Notes: generated by a model not told the origin, from the sequence alone. DNA of 26,514 nucleotides from Octopus sinensis (GCF_006345805.1 NW_021836035.1:1-26514); one strand, 5' to 3'; counted from the first letter of the stretch, positions 11,769 to 23,292 are shown. Translations and numbers: made by a program.

Positions 11769-11908
11769 CATATCACTACATGCATGCATTTTTAATTGAC
11801 CATTTTGCAAGTGCCAACTTCTTGTTATACGCAAGATAATGCAAAGGAGATAATTTACCTCAGATGTATTGAGTTACTTCCATGGCAAATTTCAGAGCTT
11901 AACTGTAT

Positions 11909-12007
11909 TTAGAAAACCTTAAACGAAGCAAAAATGAGGTTATTGCTTTCTCAGAAGTTCGACATACGGGAAAGAAAGAAGGAAAGTTGAGGAAGGTTGG
12001 CTTATAA
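11909..12007 (+). pseudogene. Possible highly decayed LINE (RTE-like) AP-endonuclease N-terminal fragment
   Basis: LENLKRSKNEVIAFSEVRHTGKKEG resembles the DIAALSEVRxxG motif; short and unconfirmed. Confidence 0.3.
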
Positions 12008-12483
12008 AGTGTTTGTTATTTATATCAGAGTGATATGCGAGATTCTATATAAGCTTATCTGTATGGTTACGATAAGAGACGGTAAAGGGTGTAGCTACTT
12101 TAAAAGGGAACATTTACGTAGACACTGACACCGAAAGCAACAAACCAGCAGTAAACAGGCTTAATATCCCGGCCCCTATCAGGTTAATTTGCTGGAGATA
12201 TCTGTTCCCAGAACTTTCGCAAAATCTTGCCGAAGTGGCTAGACGTTTGCCAAAACAGATTTTGATTTTGTATTATGCACTGCAGAAGAAAATTCGGCGA
12301 CACTAAACAAAAGCTTATCAATTCCTACAGACGTACATGATGGCAGCTTCCTCGTTCTCCAGTATAACCATCACTTGAAGCAGTTAGGAATCGCTCTCGT
12401 TACGATGCTTTTATGCCATGCGATGCCTTTTTATGATGAGGAGAAGCCTTGCACACAACCAATCACACTCTATGAATTATGAC

Positions 12484-12872
12484 GTGGAGGCGCAATGGCC
12501 CAGTGGTTAGGGCAGCGGACTCGCGGTCATAGGATCGCGGTTTCGATTCCCAGACCGGGCGTTGTGAGTGTTTATTGAGCGAAAACACCTAAAGCTCTAC
12601 GCGGCTCCGGCAGGGGATGGTGGTGATCCCTGCTGTACTCTTTCACCACAACTTTCTCTTACTCTTACTTCCTGTTTCTGTTGTACCTGTATTTCAAAGG
12701 GGCCGGCCTTGTCACTCTCTGTGTCACGCTGAATATCCCCGAGAACTACGTTAAGGGTACACGTGTCTGTGGAGTGCTCAGCCAGTTACACGTTAATTTC
12801 ACGAGCAGGCTGTTCCGTTGATTCGGATCAACCGGAACCCTCGTCGTCGTAACCGACGGAGTGCTTCCATCC
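12484..12872 (+). mobile_element. tRNA-derived SINE (head type B + tail type Y), full length, 11 bp TSD
   Basis: A-box TGGCCCAGTGG, B-box GGTTTCGATTCC. TSD ATGAATTATGA at 12472-12482 and 12873-12883. Near-identical copy at 18298. Confidence 0.95.
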
Positions 12873-13192
12873 ATGAATTATGATGACAGATACGTCAAAA
12901 AGAAGAGTTAGCATCATTGGCTAATTTTCCTACTCCTAGTGTGATGTCCTAGCAAGGATTAGGGGTCTCTCACTCCCATTAATGTAGTACATTCTCTAAT
13001 GTGCCAACATTATCATTCTTATGTTCCACTGTTGTGCCTGCCCAATGTTGGAAACGTTTCGATCTTCTCCGCAGCCACTCTTTTCTGCACCAAAGGCACA
13101 AGTTTGTCGGTGGTTGCCGCAGGAGCTACCACTGCCCATGTGAAATAGCAGGATTAAGCCTGTTGACTTCCATGAGTTTATCCGCCCTTTGA

Positions 13193-14789
13193 TACGTACG
13201 TACATACATACAATACATACATACATACATACATACATACATACATACATACATACATACGTACGTACGTACATCCATACATACATACATACATACATAC
13301 ATACATACATACATACATACATACATACATACATACATACGTACGTACATACATACATACATACATACATACATACGTACGTACGTACGTACGTACATAC
13401 ATACATACATACATACATACATACGTACGTACGTACGTACATACATACGTACATACATACATACGTACATACATACGTACATACATACGTACATACATAC
13501 ATACATACATACATACGTACGTACGTACGTACGTACGTACGTACATACATACATACATACATACGTACGTACGTACGTACGTACATACATACATACATGC
13601 ATACATACATACATACATACATACATACATACGTACGTACGTACGTACATACATACGTACGTACGTACGTACATACATTCATACATACATACATACATAC
13701 ATACATACGTACGTACGTACGTACATACATACATACATACATACATACATGCATGCATACATACATACATACATACATACATACATACGTACGTACGTAC
13801 GTACGTACATACATACGTACGTACGTACGTACGTACATACATACATACATACATACATACATACATACATACGTACGTACGTACATACATACATACATAC
13901 ATACATACATACATACATAGTACGTACGTACATACATACATACATACATACATACATACATACATACATACATACATACATACATACATACATACATACA
14001 TACATACGTACGTACGTACGTACGTACGTACATACATACATACGTACGTACGTACGTACATACATACATACATGCATACATACATACATACATACATACA
14101 TACATACATACGTACGTACGTACGTACATACATACGTACGTACGTACGTACGTACATACATACATACATACATACGTACGTACGTACGTACATACATACA
14201 TACATACATACATACATACATACATACATACATACATACATGCATACATACATACGTACGTACGTACATACATACATACATGCATACATACATACATACA
14301 TACATACGTACGTACGTACGTACGTACATACATACATACATACATACATACATACGACGTACGTACGTACGTACATACGTACATACATACATACATACAT
14401 ACATACATACATACACACATACATACATACACACATACATACATGCATACATACATACATACGTACGTACGTACGTACATACATACATACATACGTACGT
14501 ACGTACATACATACATACGTACGTACGTACGTACGTACGTACGTACATACATACATACATACATACATACATACATACATACGTACGTACGTACGTACAT
14601 ACTTACATACACACATACATACATACACACACACATACATACATACACACATACATACATGCATACATACATGCATACATACATACATACATACATACAT
14701 ACATACATACACACATACATACATGCATACATACATGCATACATACATGCATACATACATACATACATACATACATACATACATACATA
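13193..14789. repeat. ~1.6 kb compound tetranucleotide array (TACA)n/(TACG)n with TGCA and CACA variants
   Basis: Directly visible; explains all the 115-602 aa YVCM/HTYI ORFs. Confidence 0.98.
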
Positions 14790-15446
14790 GTAGATGAAAA
14801 GCAAATTCTTTTCAACAATAGCAAGCGTTCCGCACGGTGGTTGGATAGAGACGAAGTGTCAAAACACAACCCCCAAAAAGATATTCACACAAAAAAAAGC
14901 TAATGGAGTCTGTTTGGTGGTCCAGCGCTTGTGTCATCCACTACAGCTTCGTGAGACCTGGTGAGTCAATTACAGCGGATGTATACGTCAACCAATTGGA
15001 TGAAATGATGAGTGAACTTGCAATTAAACAACCGAGATTGGTCAATAGAGACAGGCCAATTCTCTTGAAAGACAATGCTTGACCACATGGTGCACAAAGA
15101 ATGCTACTCAAGTTAAAGGAACTGAATTTGGAAGTACTCTGTCATCCACCATATTCACCAGACCTTGCACCAGCCGACAATCATGTTTTCCAGGAATTAG
15201 ACAACTTTTTGCAAGGAAAAAACTTCAAATCTGAAGAAGATACAAAAACAGCCTTTCGTGACTTCATAACTTTTTACTCTCCAGAATTCTTCGCTGCCAG
15301 CATAAATAAGCTAGTGATAAAATGGGAAAATTCTATTGATAATTTAGGTGCATACTTTGATTTACTGCATAGGTTTTTTGTTGAGATAAAGTAAAATAAA
15401 CTTTCAGTTCAAAATCGAACATTATTTCATTCTTAATGACCTGGTA
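14790..15446 (+). pseudogene. mariner (D,D34D; cecropia/Hsmar1-like) transposase remnant with right terminal inverted repeat
   Basis: VDEKQILFNNSKRSARWLD..HTKK /+1 frameshift in A-run ~14891-14898/ LMESVWWS..ILLKDNA*PH..HPPYSPDLAPADNH..GAYFD. Asp codons at 14793, 15071 and 15176, with 34 residues between the last two. Stop TGA at 15080. TIR-like end AAAATCGAACATTATTTCATTCTTAATGACCTGG|TA. Confidence 0.95.
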
Positions 15447-15537
15447 TATTATCAATAATTGAATTAATAATTTTGTCTTATGTCTTTTGAAAACTTCGTA
15501 CGAATAAATAGTCACGTTGCATTTACAGGATGTTCGT

Positions 15538-15565
15538 TGCTGCTGCTGCTGCTGCTGCTGCTGCA

Positions 15566-15600
<35 letters not shown>

Positions 15601-15706
15601 ACTACTACTACTACTACGGCTACTACTACTACTACTACTACACTACTACTACTACTACACTACTACTACTACTACTACGGCTACTACGGCTACTACGGCT
15701 ACTACT
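15538..15706. repeat. (TGC)n-(CTA)n tract with a CTACGG-containing 9 bp sub-repeat
   Basis: Directly visible. Confidence 0.95.
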
Positions 15707-15735
15707 TCTGCAATACGTATATGTACGTTGATGCA

Positions 15736-15740
<5 letters not shown>

Positions 15741-15770
<30 letters not shown>

Positions 15771-16571
15771 TATATATATGTATGTATGTATATATGTATA
15801 TGTATGTGTGTATGTGTGTGTGTTTGTGTATGTATCAATCAATGTGCTCTGTATATGTATATGTGTTTAATCAGGAACATATATTATTGTATACACACGC
15901 ATAGGCACACACACACACACACGCACGCGCGCGCGCACACACACACACGCGCGCGCGCGCGCACCCATATATATATAATGGGTAGTCATGTACATTAAAG
16001 GCAATATAATTAGTAAACATCATTCTAGATTAAAAGCCAAAACAACGGATACGATGGCAAGGAGTCAGAGGCGCCCATTGCACGCATCTCTTTGGCCCCT
16101 CTATCATGGTTGCACCTTTGACCTCACAAGAGGTCTACCAGAAAAAGCATAGAACACCAAGTCTAGTTCTCCTCACTTGTTACCATAATGAGAGATATCT
16201 TGGGCATCGTAAGACGTTTTTTACGAAATATCTTAAGATTAATGTCATTCTATCCTTGCGTTTATAATTTTGCTGACGAATTCAAATTAAACGTGGAGCA
16301 TATATATATATTTCATAACAGCAATTTAAAATTGTGTAGATATCTTACGCAAATTGGAACTGTAAACTCTGCGAGTTGTTTAATGGCAGCACGTTTACCA
16401 AATAAACAATCTTTGCGTGGCTCAATTACCATTTGAAGAATCGTGTTCTTATTTTGCTTCAGACATCAAACCGATATTTACAAATGTATAAGGTTTGACA
16501 TTTGTTTTGTTTTGTTTTGTTTATATTGTGTTTTATGTATTTATCTAACAAGTGTTGTACGCGTGTGTGCC
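15741..16571 (+). repeat. ~820 bp tandem duplication, unit 1
   Basis: Matches 16572-17391 at an offset of 820-821; both boundaries lie in (TA)n tracts. Confidence 0.93.
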
Positions 16572-17391
16572 ATATATATATATATATATATATTATATAT
16601 GTATGTATGTATATATGTATATGTATGTGTGTATGTGTGTGTGTTTGTGTATGTATCAATCAATGTGCTCTGTATATGTATATGTGTTTAATCAGGAACA
16701 TATATTATTGTATACACACGCATAGGCACACACACACACACACACGCACGCGCGCGCGCACACACACACACGCGCGCGCGCGCGCACCCATATATATATA
16801 ATGGGTAGTCATGTACATTAAAGGCAATATAATTAGTAAACATCATTCTAGATTAAAAGCCAAAACAACGGATACGATGGCAAGGAGTCAGAGGCGCCCA
16901 TTGCACGCATCTCTTTGGCCCCTCTATCATGGTTGCACCTTTGACCTCACAAGAGGTCTACCAGAAAAAGCATAGAACACCAAGTCTAGTTCTCCTCACT
17001 TGTTACCATAATGAGAGATATCTTGGGCATCGTAAGACGTTTTTTACGAAATATCTAAGATTAATGTCATTCTATCCTTGCGTTTATAATTTTGCTGACG
17101 AATTCAAATTAAACGTGGAGCATATATATATATTTCATAACAGCAATTAAAATTGTGTAGATATCTTACGCAAATTGGAACTGTAAACTCTGCGAGTTGT
17201 TTAATGGCAGCACGTTTACCAAATAAACAATCTTTGCGTGGCTCAATTACCATTTGAAGAATCGTGTTCTTATTTTGCTTCAGACATCAAACCGATATTT
17301 ACAAATGTATAAGGTTTGACATTTGTTTTGTTTTGTTTTGTTTATATGTGTTTTATGTATTTATCTAACAAGTGTTGTACGCGTGTGTGCC
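16572..17391 (+). repeat. ~820 bp tandem duplication, unit 2
   Basis: Differs from unit 1 in the unique part only by three single-T deletions that I could find. Confidence 0.93.
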
Positions 17392-17451
17392 ATATATATA
17401 TATATATATATAATATATATATGTATTTATGTATGTAAGTATGTATGTATG

Positions 17452-17485
<34 letters not shown>

Positions 17486-17561
17486 TGTATGTGTATGTAG
17501 TATGTATGTATGTATATATGCATGAATATATTATATATATATGTATATATATATGTATATA

Positions 17562-17624
<63 letters not shown>

Positions 17625-18297
17625 ATATATATATATATAATGTTGCACGCGCACACACACACAGCACAGAAAAACGCAAATATTTACATTTGAGTTTATA
17701 TTAAAGTATTACTTTATATATACATACATACAGACATATATACGCGCGCGCACACACACACATACTCACACACAATTATTTTCAGGATTTGTTCATTAAA
17801 AAAAAACGCGTCTGAAACAGCTGTAGTGAACCTCAGCCCATTTGTGTTATGCATATATGTATGTATGTATGGTCGTACGTACGTACGTATGTATGTATGT
17901 ATGTATGTATGTATATGTGTGTGTGTGTGTTTGTGAACGTATGTGTCTACCTATGCACGTAAGTGTGTACCCATGTACGTATGTACCCTACTTGTTTTTG
18001 TAAATCACGCTGTGCTGTTTCCTTCCGATGTATAAAGGAATCGTGACATCGCAGCTTATGTCACAGAGACAGAGTTATGTGAATATAGTATTCACTTAAG
18101 TAACAATATTATACACCTTGTTCGCTCCCCCTCTGTGTTGCTATAACGGGACGAATTATCTTCATAACCTTTTAATTCAAATAGTTTATCTCAGGGTAGT
18201 TTATCTGCAAGCGAATTTAAACTGGACGTGCTTTGTTTTTAAGACGTAGCTCGGTTTTTATGACATTGAGCATTTTATGACTATATATTTATATATC

Positions 18298-18694
18298 GGT
18301 GGAGGCGCAATGGCCCAGTGGTTAGGGCAGCGGACTCGCGGTCATAGGATCGCGGCTTCGATTCCCAGACCGGGCGTTGTGAGTGTTTATTGAGCGAAAA
18401 CACCTAAAAAAGCTCCACGAGGCTCCGGCAGGGGATGGTGGTGATCCCTGCTGTACTCTTTCACCACAACTTTCTCTCACTCTTACTTCCTGTTTCTGTT
18501 GTACCTGTATTTCAAAGGGCAGGCCTTGTCACTCTCTGTGTCACGCTGAATATCCCCGAGAACTACGTTAAGGGTACACGTGTCTGTGGAGTGCTCAGCC
18601 ACTTACACGTTAATTTCACGAGCAGGCTGTTCCGTTGATTCGGATCAACCGGAACCCTCATCGTCGTAACCGACGGAGTGCTTCCTCCCTTCCC
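18298..18694 (+). mobile_element. tRNA-derived SINE (head type B + tail type Y), full length, 12 bp TSD
   Basis: Near identical to 12484-12872; TSD TATTTATATATC at 18286-18297 and 18695-18706. Confidence 0.95.
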
Positions 18695-18959
18695 TATTTA
18701 TATATCAGACACAGGCATGGCTGTCTGGTAAGTAGCTTGTGGTAAGAAGGAATACGGATAAGAGGTTGAAAAGCCTCAGTATTATTGAAAGTTCCTAGTT
18801 TGGAAAAAAAAAGGTAAGAGGCTTAGTGAACAATGTGAGTATTCCGGCGTAACTCGGCTTACGTTCCTTGTGGTATTTAATTCGGGAGGCTACCTCTAAA
18901 ACAGACGCAAGTCAAGGAACTCTCAACAAATTCTACAGCTCAAGTACCGACGTTGGGTA

Positions 18960-19128
<169 letters not shown>

Positions 19129-19221
19129 CACGTGTGCATGTATGTATATGTGTGTATGTAGGTGGTGTGCCTGTGTGTTTATATATACATATATACATAC
19201 ATGTATATGCATAGGTATATG

Positions 19222-19384
19222 CATTTTTCTCTCCTTGTTTTTTTTCTGTGTATCTTTCTGTCGAAGAGCGTAGGCTCGAAACGTAAAAGACTTGTTCTAT
19301 TTCTATTCCTGGGCGCCATACTAATACATTGTTTGTTTGTACTCCACCTGCCTTCGTCTTTTGTTTATTTTCGTAACCTTCCCG

Positions 19385-19385
<1 letters not shown>
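19222..19385 (+). mobile_element. Short Penelope-like (PLE) terminal remnant between AT-rich microsatellite tracts
   Basis: Contains a hammerhead-like ..GAAGAGCGTAGGCTCGAAACGT.. motif, a T-rich 3' part and an abutting (TA)n tract, as expected for PLE pseudo-LTR remnants. No coding sequence is present to confirm the class. Confidence 0.55.
19253..19290 (+). ncRNA. Minimal type-I hammerhead-ribozyme-like motif with variant core
   Basis: TCTTT|CTGTCGA|A|GAGC-GTAG-GCTC|GAAA|C|GTA|AAAGA: stem I TCTTT/AAAGA, stem II GAGC/GCTC, palindromic ACGT stem III. Activity unknown. Confidence 0.5.
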
Positions 19386-19436
<51 letters not shown>

Positions 19437-20025
19437 CAATTCAATTAACTAAAAATTCTTCAAGGCAGTACCCTACCAAGGCTGCAATCTAATGAAACAA
19501 ATAAAAGATAAAAGCTATATATATTTATGTATGTATAATATAGTCTTTTGACGATCCTAACAAACAATTGTCATGAGTCGGAGTTTCGTGTGAAAATAAT
19601 AGCTTTCACATTCATCAGGTGGACGCGTTTCAGAGAAGACCAATAAGAGAGGGAGAAAGGGAGGCAGATAGAGATGAATAGAGAATGAGTTTTGTGAAGA
19701 AAAGAATAAAATGAAGGATTAAAAGCGGAACGGAGTGTCAGATGCGAGGAGCGGTGAGGAAGAAGGGAGAATGATGTCATTTCGCAAAGGCGACTTGGAT
19801 AACTATCTAAGAACGTATTTCCCCTTATGTAAATCAAATATAAACATGTCTGACGGGACATGAATGTATGCATGGATTCACACAGACGTAGCCAAAAGGA
19901 TTACGTAGAGTTTTCGTCAATCAAATTTCTTCACAGGCGCAGTTCGAAAGCCGTCAGTGGGACGGGACATGAAATGAAGTGGTTACGAAACTTCCTATTC
20001 ACCGAGCCAACACTGCGCCCATGTG

Positions 20026-20061
<36 letters not shown>

Positions 20062-20282
20062 TGTATGTATGTATGTATGTATGTATGTATGTATGTATGT
20101 ATCTACGTAGGTATGTATGCTTGTATGATAGTATGTATGTACGTATGTATGCGTGTATCGGATAACAAGAAAAAGGAGTTCTCTTAGTAGAAACGTACAG
20201 TATAGTAGTTAATATAAGCTGCTCCAGAGTAAGAGGTCACTGGACGAGCTTAATATATGTGTGTGTGTGTGTGTGTGTGTGC

Positions 20283-20616
20283 GTGAAGACGCATGGCTCA
20301 GTGGTTACAGCGTCGAGCTTACGATCGTGAGGTTGTGAGCTCGAATCTCGGACCGGGCCGCGTGTTGTGTTCTTGAGCAAGACACTTTATTTCACGTTGA
20401 TTCAGTTCACTCAGCTGTAGAAACGAGTTGCGACGTCACGGGTGCCAAGTTGTATCGGCCCCTTTGCCTTTCCCTTGGATAACATCATAGGGGAGGCTGA
20501 TATACATGGGCAACTGTTGGTCTTCTATGAACAACCTTGCCCGGACTTGTGCTTGGGAAGGTAACTTTCTAGGAGCAATCCCATGATCTGTGTCATGACC
20601 GAAGGGGGTTTCAGCA
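20283..20616 (+). mobile_element. tRNA-derived SINE (head/core type A + tail type X)
   Basis: TGGCTCAGTGG A-box, GAGCTCGAATCTC B-box-like, CTTGAGCAAGACACTTTATTTCACG core. Reverse-complement homologue of 11231-11572. Confidence 0.9.
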
Positions 20617-20623
20617 TATACAC

Positions 20624-20652
<29 letters not shown>

Positions 20653-20655
<3 letters not shown>

Positions 20656-20777
20656 GGCCTGCTCGCCTAGCCAGTGGGGTGGCGTCATTTGAAGGCTAAA
20701 ACAATGCGAAGCGCATTGTGACCAGCGATGTCTAGCAACATCTGATAGCCTGGTCGGTCAAAGTGATCACGGTGATA
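20653..20777 (+). mobile_element. Probable 3' tail of a 5'-truncated retroposon
   Basis: GC-richer 125 bp island between (TA)n tracts ending in a degenerate short repeat (AAGTGAT-CACGGTGAT); family recognised from memory only. Confidence 0.4.
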
Positions 20778-20825
20778 TATATATGTATGTATGTATTTAT
20801 GTATGCACACACACACATATATACA

Positions 20826-20906
<81 letters not shown>

Positions 20907-20934
20907 GTATATGCATATCAATATATATATATCT

Positions 20935-21860
20935 TGGGGTTCTCCGCTTCCCTCTGAGGCACTTTGATGTGGGTTGCTTTATCGTGGTGTTAGTCGACTT
21001 CTTTTTTCTTTCGGGTTCTCAGTTTGTGGTGGGTTAATATGTTGTCTCATCGTGGTGTTGGTCGACTTCTTTTTTGGTGGGGTGTTGTCAGTCCGTGGTG
21101 GGTTGGTGGGTTATTCCATTGACTTTCTGATTGACTTTCTTCTCTCTTCCTTTAGATCGACAGTTTGTGGTGGGTTGATGGATTGTTTCGTCGCGGTGCT
21201 AGTTGGCTCCCCATTGCTTTCTGTAGTGGGTTGCTAGATGGAGTGGGTGCTTCTGGTTGTAGGACCTGTAGCCACGTGGTTTTTATGTGACCCTTTTACC
21301 CACACTTAAAGCATTTTTCCCTCCGCTATGACTCTTAGTAAGGTTTCGTCCGGTAGTATTATATGCTCTTGTTTTTCTTCCAGGTCCCTCTGGGTGGCCT
21401 GGACTGTTAGCTCCAGACATTGGCCCCCCCCCCACCAGTTTTGTTGGTGTAGCTTTGTGACTTGCAGTATGGAAATACTGCTTTCCAAATCAAGACAGCC
21501 GCCACAAGCCACACCACGTCGATTTCCGGTGGGACATCCCCCATTTTTGAAGTACGTCGACCCATTTATGGTGGTAGCAGCACCAACTCGTTTGTTTTCA
21601 AAGGCACTGTGGAGTGTTCCTTTGCTTCTTCAGAAGGGAACTCTTGGCTGCAGGCGCAAAGCAGCAGCTTTCATTTCTTGTAGTTTTCTGTTGTAGATGA
21701 GGCGGAGGAATTGTGGTTTTATTCCGGAAAGGCCTGGATTAAGAAATCAAGACAATCTTAGTGGACACAGAAAGCAAGCTGGTCGTCCTGGATAAACCGG
21801 AGGAAGCTTGGATGATGTAAGCCATCCCTGGAAAGAGCAATCTCTTTCTTTACTAAACAT
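20935..21860 (-). pseudogene. Non-LTR retrotransposon (L1/Tx1-like) ORF1 remnant with gag-type zinc knuckle
   Basis: Minus strand, across frameshifts: EFPSEEAKEHSTVPLKT..GRRTSK..VPPEIDVVWLVAAVL..QNWWG..LELTVQ..IILPDETLLRVIAEG / CFKCG*KGHIKTTW (C-x2-C-x4-H-x4-[C>W], 21313-21272), followed by a Pro/Thr/Lys-rich repetitive tail. The boundary above ~21700 is less certain. Confidence 0.75.
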
Positions 21861-21962
21861 GATATATATATATATATATACATGTATGTATGTAGGTAGG
21901 TATATGTGTATGTACATACATACAAACATATACATATACATACTTAAATATATACATACCTA

Positions 21963-21993
<31 letters not shown>

Positions 21994-22066
21994 GATATGT
22001 GTGTGTGTGTTTCTGTGTATGTGTGTACATACATACAAACATATACATATACACCACACACACATA

Positions 22067-22109
<43 letters not shown>

Positions 22110-22138
22110 AGTATATACACATACCTATATATATATAA

Positions 22139-22171
<33 letters not shown>

Positions 22172-22626
22172 AATGTGTGTGTGTGTTGCATTCGTGCTTG
22201 TGTATTTGTGCGTGTATAATACATGTGCCATATTTGTCTCCTCCGTGTGTTTTTGTATGTGTCAAAAGAAAAACGAAAAACAAAAAACAAACAAACGGTG
22301 CAGCTAATTCTGTTTCAGGTCACCAGATAAGTTGACTGGTTTACCAGATAAGAAGAATTATTTACCAGACTCGCCATAATCTGCAATGTTCTAACCTCCT
22401 CCATTACATCCCCACCCGACCCGCGCTCCTACCCTTCTGCCCTTATATCACTTCCATCCTTCCACCCTGATACCCGGCCACCCGCCCGCCTTACTCTCCC
22501 AAAACTTCTTCTCGGTGCTATTCTGATATCGCTTCAAAAAATGGAGAATTTGAAAGAAACCGATGCGGATTCCGCGATGCAAACACGCACACACACGCAC
22601 ACACACACACGCATACACACACACAA

Positions 22627-22657
<31 letters not shown>

Positions 22658-22825
22658 CATACACACACACAAACACACGCACACATATACGGGCGCACGC
22701 AAACAAACTCATACACATATACATGCGCACGCAAGCAAACAAACATACATACACAGACACACACATAAATACACATATAAAAAAACACACACACAAACAC
22801 TCGTATAAACATGCAACCACTCAAT

Positions 22826-22856
<31 letters not shown>

Positions 22857-23292
22857 ACATTCACACACAGTCACACACTCACGCACATTTACACACGCAC
22901 ACACAAACACTCAAAACACGTGCAAACAAACACACATGCACAACGCATGCGCACACAGATACATACACACACGCTAATACACAGAGAGGCGGCGGTGTGA
23001 TGATTGAGTAGTTCGGATTGTGTCCACATGAGGGCGTAAGTGTTGCTTGTTGCTTGTTGTATGTGTTATCATAAATTTGTTGGCTTGTGCATATAACGCA
23101 TTCCTGGTATGTGTATATACATACATATGTATACATTTTTGCATATATGCGTGGTATGCACGCACACACACATACATACACACGTACGTGTGTATGTATG
23201 TACACATACCTATATATATAAATATATATACATACACACACACGAATGTGTGTACGTGTGTATGTATGTGTGTATCATTGTACACGTATATC

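Noticed and set aside
12960-13190. Possible decayed RT C-terminal region on the minus strand, and a CTGCGGA..GAAACGTT hammerhead-like string
   Set aside because: The protein similarity needs several frameshifts and is too weak; the RNA motif has no closable stem I.
12996-14903. Long ORFs of 115-602 aa (YVCM/HTYI repeats)
   Set aside because: TACA/TACG arrays lack stop codons in most frames; there is no non-repetitive domain, and the one real piece (VDEKQ..) belongs to the dead mariner.
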